Shown here: piece by piece, positions 25,301 through 28,611 of the stretch
Position numbering within the stretch: position 1 is the first letter of the stretch
Layout of the letters: every line of letters begins with the position of its first letter
The notes under the pieces: generated by a model
What the model was told of the DNA's origin: nothing
Database searches by the model: none
Seen by the model: the letters and a program-made list of their open reading frames with translations, nothing else
IMG/VR virus record: IMGVR_UViG_3300020044_004730
Coordinates: 1-28,611 of that record
Length of the DNA: 28,611 nucleotides
Strand: one strand, 5' to 3'
From: a virus
Taxonomy: Duplodnaviria; Caudoviricetes
Translations under genes and position numbers: made by a program

Positions 25301-28228
25301 TCAACCCAACCTCGTACCTCGTTAAATGGAGCTTATTATGGGACTGGCCTCAAAGGTGCAGAGCGCGATCGGCTGGACAGTAGCCCAGATCCTCGCCTCA
25401 AAAACCGCGTTTATTTCTATGTTGACCAAGGCTCCGGCATCAGACCAGAAGCAGGAGTCGGAGGCATCGCCCACGAAGCCAAGCTCAACAACATCTACGA
25501 CCCCGAAACAAAACTGATTCCACCAAAGGGCAGCTTCAATGCCTTTGAGTCAGCTGTAATCAACGCCGGATTTGACGGCTATCTGGCCCCCTTTGGGAAC
25601 AACCAGTCAGCCGTCGTGTTGCTGGGCCCGCGCCATTCTGCCGTACCCGTAAGATCTTTGGGTCGCGTGGCCGGTGCCCCAGCCCCTACACCAGCCGAAC
25701 CTACGACGCTGAAGAAGGGGCTTCTTTCCAAAGAGCTGGCCACCATCGAGGCTTCCCGTGTACCGGGTGCTCGTGTTGCTGCCGGCAATCTGGAGATCCC
25801 CGTTGCTTCACGCGACGCAGCCAACGTAGAGTTGGAACGCATCGGCAGTGACGTCAGGTTCAGCAAGAAAACAGCACCCGCTAGGGTTATGTTTGAGGTC
25901 GCCCCCGATCCTAACAATACCGAGCTTACCGCTCGTTGGGACGCAGTGCCTTTTGAACGCAAGATTGAAATCAGCCAAAGGGTTGCTGAGAAGATCATGC
26001 CTCAAGTGTTTAAGCTCGCCGGCGTTAGGGCTAAGATGACCACGCAGTTGGGCGGCTATCTTGAAAAAACAAGTCCTTCGTTTGCGGCGATCGTCCCGAG
26101 CACGGCATCCGCTCAGCAGCTCATGGACGTTGCCCGTCTGGGTGGGTTTGGTTTAGCCCAAGACAGCATGATGGTCTTGGATCTAAAACCGTTTGAAGGT
26201 TCGTTTCCCACTGGCCTGATCACGATCACGTTGCCAGAAAACATGGTCGATCAAAAATCAGTCGACGCAGTTTACCAAGACCTGCGGCAGGTGTCGCCAG
26301 AAAACATCAGCGGCCACACAACGGTTGGGCAAGAGATGGTTTTGGCCGTTCCTTCTGCTAGTATGGACGACCTTGCATCAAAAATAAACGGCGTTCTTAG
26401 CAGTCGTCCAGAGAGCTTTAATTTAAAAACTGTTGAAGGCCACATGGCCTTCCCATCCAAAGAGGAGTATGACTATGGTCAAGCAGGAGAAGGGACCCCC
26501 GAGCTTCTTGCAAAACGGACAGAGGCTCGTCGCATCCGTGAAGAAGCCAGCGCCGCCATCGAAGGCGAACTCGCAAAAGATGAAAGTACCGGCGGGCGCA
26601 AAATAGACACAGGCGTTTATCGCTCTGTTGCAGACGCCTTCGGCCTCTCCCAAGCAGAGTACAACGCCAGTGCTCTGCCCCTAATGTTGGGCGGTGTGAA
26701 AGGCAAAACCTTTCGCGCTCCCAGCATTGGCGGAATCCCAGAAACCATCCAATGGCTGGATCAGCGATACCGCGATTCAGGCATGCCGACCCTTGACATC
26801 AACAAGGACGAGGACCGCAGCACGCTGGCGCGCATGCTGGCAGCCGAAGCTGTTGGCGCGATCCGCAGTGCGGGCAATGCCGTTGAATGGTACGACGAGA
26901 CCGTAGCCAAAACGCTACGCATCATGTCGGTCAAATACCCAGAGCTGGACACGGACCCGAATGCGCGCAATGCTTTCTTGATTGCCGTTGCCGTTGCTTC
27001 CCAGACAATGAACGTGGAAGCCAACCTGACTTACGCGTCTAGCCAATACGAAGCCTTCCGCGAAACAGGCAAATTCCCTGAAGTCGGCAAAGGCAAATCC
27101 GCGCCGGCCATGGCTAAGAACTTTGCATTGGCCAACGATGTGATGGCCGATATGGGGCCGGATCTTCTGCGCCGCTTTTTGCAAACCGAGTTTACCAAGC
27201 GTGAGCTGGAATCTATTGGCTTTCCAATTGGCTCCGAGTCGATGGATGAGAAGATGCTTGGCTCGGCCATCTTTGGTCCCAAGATTGGCTTCGGCTTTTA
27301 TAGTAATCTCACCGGCAACTTTGAACCAATTACCATGGACATGTGGTTCATGCGCACCATCGGCCGCCTTAGCGGTACGCTGCCGGCGTTTGACCCAGTC
27401 CTGTTTCCCAAGCAAGTGGCCAAGCTGCGTGCCGCTTTGGCTGAGACCGGCGATTCAAGCCGGGGCATTTATGCCGCAGACTTTAAGCCGGAAGATGTTG
27501 CCGCTGCGCAACAAACCGACGAGGGCGCAATTGCTTTGGCGCGTAAAATATACAGCCTACACAACCGGCAATTTAGCAAAGAGCGGGCTGCGTTCGACTC
27601 AGGCGCTCGCGTTAAAACCGCTTTGGTAAATGCGTCTAACGGGATTATTAAATCGGCTGACAAGCCTACCGACTCCCCATCCAGCGGCGGTGAACGCCAG
27701 CGCCTACGTGATGTAACCCGTCAGTTGGTGGCTATGGTTGAAGAGCAAACCGGCAAGCGCGTACCTCCGGCCGCTTTGCAGGCTTTGATTTGGTATCCAG
27801 AACAGGAACTCTACAAAAAGCTGGGCGTTGATCTGCAAGTGACTAGCCAAGACTACGCAGGTGCGGCAGAATTACTACTTACGAAAGAAGGTTTTGATGG
27901 AAAACGAATCAGCACAGCAGCCGAATCTGGACCAAGACCAACACGACAAGTGGTTGGCGAGTCGGTCGCGGGAACAAATAAGCAGGCTGGCCAGCCGAGC
28001 GGGCCAGCTGGCCCGATCCAAGGAGAAGAGCGGGAAACTTTCATCGGAAACCGCATCCCCCTCAAAGACATCTTTGCCGGATTAGAAAAGCGCGGATTGG
28101 CCAAGGCCAACACGGAGGCTATGATTGCGCGGCGGTCAGATGCGGCTCAGATCCAATACATGCAGGATAATTTCCTCGACATCCTTGACGAGCTGGACAC
28201 CGCTGGCTTAGTCGAAATCAATTGCTAA
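22358..28228 (+). CDS. Giant polyvalent internal virion protein (membrane-like N-terminal region, zincin HExxH, ART-like, unknown alpha/beta and HhH-GPD glycosylase-like domains)
   Basis: 1956 aa; last large gene of the ejection module; HEFHH at 24662-24676, HFS...YFY...IYD...GFDGY at about 25295-25582, GPK-x18-D at 27275-27340. Confidence 0.85.
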   Translation: MRFIPISDFEKDNGLVFRPIEDFEVRDTGDDAERLAMRYKAPEPLPPEPQGLISRAFDAVRGTVSSIPAAITEKFTPYKSVMETYQPTVEEQQAELNKRLSYGAGPVSLQTVAKADEMRRGMIPIEQGPVLTVAKAREQAKETSFFDLVDKAKEAETFESDSETLRRQRFGEENPLTGALQAGMASSLAGTINAPTVAAQLFNDYAVNPLLQAAGMQPLPKVGQMFGTEYLTKTAAEYMPKINSRSSDGAIAREEFGKWLGVKLAANLQSVGLSMAAMYAPPLRAILLPSMGATSAGQSYVQGDPAIIAAAKGLIEVGTEMLPLKVFDKIGDALKGMSPLKQSSVLAVAGQRLLQAGGQQTIANVTNAIEETAAQFGGNVLDKYFQGKDIELTKGLQDAAIVGAVSGSIISSPQTAGILTGRYEPQNQIAQAINENVANTQFTGIDELARQQLSPFSNAPTNLNIGKINVEPVDTSTIFTATDASSAAAAAAELAGGIPSVNLPPINLQPLNLPGQIEPALTGLALPPLPPAVEPALTDLALPPLPPAVEPALDLNAPLQPDVATEQQFGLDKLRLTPPRPQKIQGQPVTSLTDDQLTTIAGDETIPAITRRSASVELTARQNEAAGTTLATGLENVPSVPLANAPTEQNAGITADRTLAIPESQVPSTAIAPVGGESAAAGARATAQAAIDRWATANGVETPAVFNAAPAELDSAVNQIGEALNSQFGGKLYAYIDPRPNSLNGVAIGGAAFVNTANVDVNVARTSIHEFHHTVEQIAKLEARQGLVDTPAQQYVASVNTVFDDMTEDGKRSYLVKFLNAEELAGIADPVAKEQRIQDLMASPTTRSEMVADFLGNRSTDKEFWKDLAATDPKGFKGFVDKWLGIVDNMLSVLKGTPTQGQKESALVDTYIRDLGKAKVVARDALIAYSKGTLNADTTGTQGIPELAASNRSIFGTARSSESPEYGTAREGAVSVVAQHFSTQPRTSLNGAYYGTGLKGAERDRLDSSPDPRLKNRVYFYVDQGSGIRPEAGVGGIAHEAKLNNIYDPETKLIPPKGSFNAFESAVINAGFDGYLAPFGNNQSAVVLLGPRHSAVPVRSLGRVAGAPAPTPAEPTTLKKGLLSKELATIEASRVPGARVAAGNLEIPVASRDAANVELERIGSDVRFSKKTAPARVMFEVAPDPNNTELTARWDAVPFERKIEISQRVAEKIMPQVFKLAGVRAKMTTQLGGYLEKTSPSFAAIVPSTASAQQLMDVARLGGFGLAQDSMMVLDLKPFEGSFPTGLITITLPENMVDQKSVDAVYQDLRQVSPENISGHTTVGQEMVLAVPSASMDDLASKINGVLSSRPESFNLKTVEGHMAFPSKEEYDYGQAGEGTPELLAKRTEARRIREEASAAIEGELAKDESTGGRKIDTGVYRSVADAFGLSQAEYNASALPLMLGGVKGKTFRAPSIGGIPETIQWLDQRYRDSGMPTLDINKDEDRSTLARMLAAEAVGAIRSAGNAVEWYDETVAKTLRIMSVKYPELDTDPNARNAFLIAVAVASQTMNVEANLTYASSQYEAFRETGKFPEVGKGKSAPAMAKNFALANDVMADMGPDLLRRFLQTEFTKRELESIGFPIGSESMDEKMLGSAIFGPKIGFGFYSNLTGNFEPITMDMWFMRTIGRLSGTLPAFDPVLFPKQVAKLRAALAETGDSSRGIYAADFKPEDVAAAQQTDEGAIALARKIYSLHNRQFSKERAAFDSGARVKTALVNASNGIIKSADKPTDSPSSGGERQRLRDVTRQLVAMVEEQTGKRVPPAALQALIWYPEQELYKKLGVDLQVTSQDYAGAAELLLTKEGFDGKRISTAAESGPRPTRQVVGESVAGTNKQAGQPSGPAGPIQGEERETFIGNRIPLKDIFAGLEKRGLAKANTEAMIARRSDAAQIQYMQDNFLDILDELDTAGLVEINC
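23909..24016 (+). repeat. 48-nt Pro-rich coding repeat (EPALTxLALPPLPPAV) x2.25
   Basis: Units start at 23909, 23957 and 24005, in a linker of the giant protein. Confidence 0.85.
24258..24458 (+). CDS. Candidate nested +1-frame ORF A (start uncertain: TTG 24258, ACG 24264 or ATG 24288)
   Basis: Contains protein-like LRQWEESLPPLEQEQLHKLL; lies in the linker before the zincin domain; weak RBS only. Confidence 0.35.
   Translation: MKTFLAYHWPMHQPNKTQASPPTELLPSQSRKCLVPQLRQWEESLPPLEQEQLHKLLSTGGLLPTV
25161..25325 (+). CDS. Candidate nested +1-frame ORF B, 54 aa (MQTPQELKEYRNLQRRIDQSLVRLGAVKAQSTEQPAKAPSPSLPNTSQPNLVPR)
   Basis: Preceded by AAAGGAACACTAA-ATG, nearly the same as the RBS of gene 3015 (AAAGGAACACATC-ATG); amphipathic helix; sits between the zincin and ART-like domains. 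Confidence 0.55.
   Translation: MQTPQELKEYRNLQRRIDQSLVRLGAVKAQSTEQPAKAPSPSLPNTSQPNLVPR
26475..26606 (+). CDS. Candidate nested +1-frame ORF C, 43 aa (MVKQEKGPPSFLQNGQRLVASVKKPAPPSKANSQKMKVPAGAK)
   Basis: GAGGAG 7 nt before the ATG, at a domain boundary; product low-complexity, so could be chance. Confidence 0.3.
   Translation: MVKQEKGPPSFLQNGQRLVASVKKPAPPSKANSQKMKVPAGAK
27897..28085 (+). CDS. Candidate nested +1-frame ORF D, 62 aa (MENESAQQPNLDQDQHDKWLASRSREQISRLASRAGQLARSK...)
   Basis: AGAAGG 5 nt before ATG 27897, directly after the glycosylase-like domain; the main frame turns into a G/R/P/S linker with CGA/AGA/GGA codons here. Confidence 0.5.
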   Translation: MENESAQQPNLDQDQHDKWLASRSREQISRLASRAGQLARSKEKSGKLSSETASPSKTSLPD

Positions 28229-28426
28229 TAAGGGTTTACCATGACACCAACAATGATTATTTCTGCCGACATCTTCGTCAGCTTTAGGCGCCAGCATTTC
28301 TGCTGCACGACTGGGCAGGTATTGTTCGAGGGCGCCTTGAAGCAAGAATTCTTTAAGTGCGGGTATACCCTCAACCGTGATGCTCTTACCGTCAGCACCA
28401 GTGAACGTGTATTTACAGGTTGCCAT
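28208..28426 (-). CDS. N-terminal part of a further internal-virion-like gene (MATCKYTF...), probably truncated near 28265-28270
   Basis: GGAG 9 nt before the ATG, 4 nt after the ferritin-like stop; first ~52 aa look protein-like, while the tail (NNHCWCHGKPLLAIDFD) is antisense of the + strand genes. Confidence 0.55.
   Translation of the reverse strand: MATCKYTFTGADGKSITVEGIPALKEFLLQGALEQYLPSRAAEMLAPKADEDVGRNNHCWCHGKPLLAIDFD
28241..28270 (+). pseudogene. Apparent 5' stub of a gene (MTPTMIISAD), possibly the N-terminus of the ferritin-like gene, cut at an inversion junction
   Basis: TAAGGG-6nt-ATG right after the giant gene; the frame stays open but becomes Cys/Arg-rich antisense-like after about 28270, where the coding signal switches strand. 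Confidence 0.4.
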
Positions 28427-28430
28427 GTGG

Positions 28431-28610
28431 TCAGGCTCCCAGCTCCTGATCGATCAAAAGCATGCCCGCCTTGTCGCCGTCCACTAACTGGATGCGTGCA
28501 AGCAAGTCGCCGTACTCGCCAACGCTGGTGCGCTGAAGCTCCAAGAACTGCAGCAGGAACTGCTGAACCACGGGGTCGCTACTTGCTTGGGAGTAGTAGT
28601 CTTTGTAATT
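28431..28610 (-). CDS. Ferritin-like protein, C-terminal 59 aa (5' part outside the window)
   Basis: Hand translation NYKDYYSQASSDPVVQQFLLQFLELQRTSVGEYGDLLARIQLVDGDKAGMLLIDQELGA* matches the D- and E-helix pattern of bacterial non-haem ferritins (D....FL......Q.........I......G....G...ID.EL). Confidence 0.75.
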   Translation of the reverse strand, partial: NYKDYYSQASSDPVVQQFLLQFLELQRTSVGEYGDLLARIQLVDGDKAGMLLIDQELGA

Positions 28611-28611
28611 T

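Noticed and set aside
25326-25517. 63-aa +1-frame ORF starting right after nested ORF B
   Set aside because: No RBS and it overlaps the core of the ART-like domain; likely shadow, although the TAA-ATG adjacency was noted.
52-28113. Numerous minus-strand ORFs in the supplied track
   Set aside because: They lie antisense to tightly packed + strand genes and lack RBSs or recognisable motifs.
28217-28228. Terminal Asn-Cys of the giant protein as an intein end
   Set aside because: No HINT motifs, no penultimate His, and the Cys is followed by a stop with no extein.
28241-28611. Long open + strand frame running to the window end
   Set aside because: After the first ~10 codons it is the antisense of two convincing minus-strand genes.
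1-28611. tRNA, rRNA, integrase, transposase, terminase or portal genes
   Set aside because: None recognised; intergenic gaps are short and explained by promoters and hairpins.

Overview
This window is the virion-morphogenesis, lysis and ejection region of a short-tailed (podovirus-like) dsDNA phage of a Gram-negative host; the spanins imply an outer membrane, and a freshwater betaproteobacterial host is a guess from gene-family resemblance. Almost everything is on the + strand. Gene order: scaffold, N4-gp56-type major capsid, two capsid accessory proteins, adaptor, nozzle, tail fibre, two AT-rich paralogous fibre/RBP genes plus chaperone, an expanded ten-ORF lysis cassette (embedded Rz/Rz1, GH19 endolysin), then an ejection module. 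That module holds a protein with 52 uninterrupted 11-residue repeats, a GNAT, Gly/Ala-rich and coiled-coil proteins, and a 1956-aa polyvalent protein with zincin, ART-like and HhH-GPD glycosylase-like domains. Most notable: (1) small +1-frame ORFs with RBS-like signals nested in the inter-domain linkers of the giant gene (candidate built-in antidotes); (2) two intergenic leaders sharing promoter + CGGG-N4-GTGCGCCC + terminator architecture (candidate antitermination sites); (3) the hendecad protein as a candidate ~85 nm ejection tube; (4) near-identical DNA blocks at module junctions of the two RBP paralogues; (5) an apparent inversion junction near 28270 splitting a ferritin-like gene (real switch or chimera). 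All family calls are by motif recognition; no searches were run.
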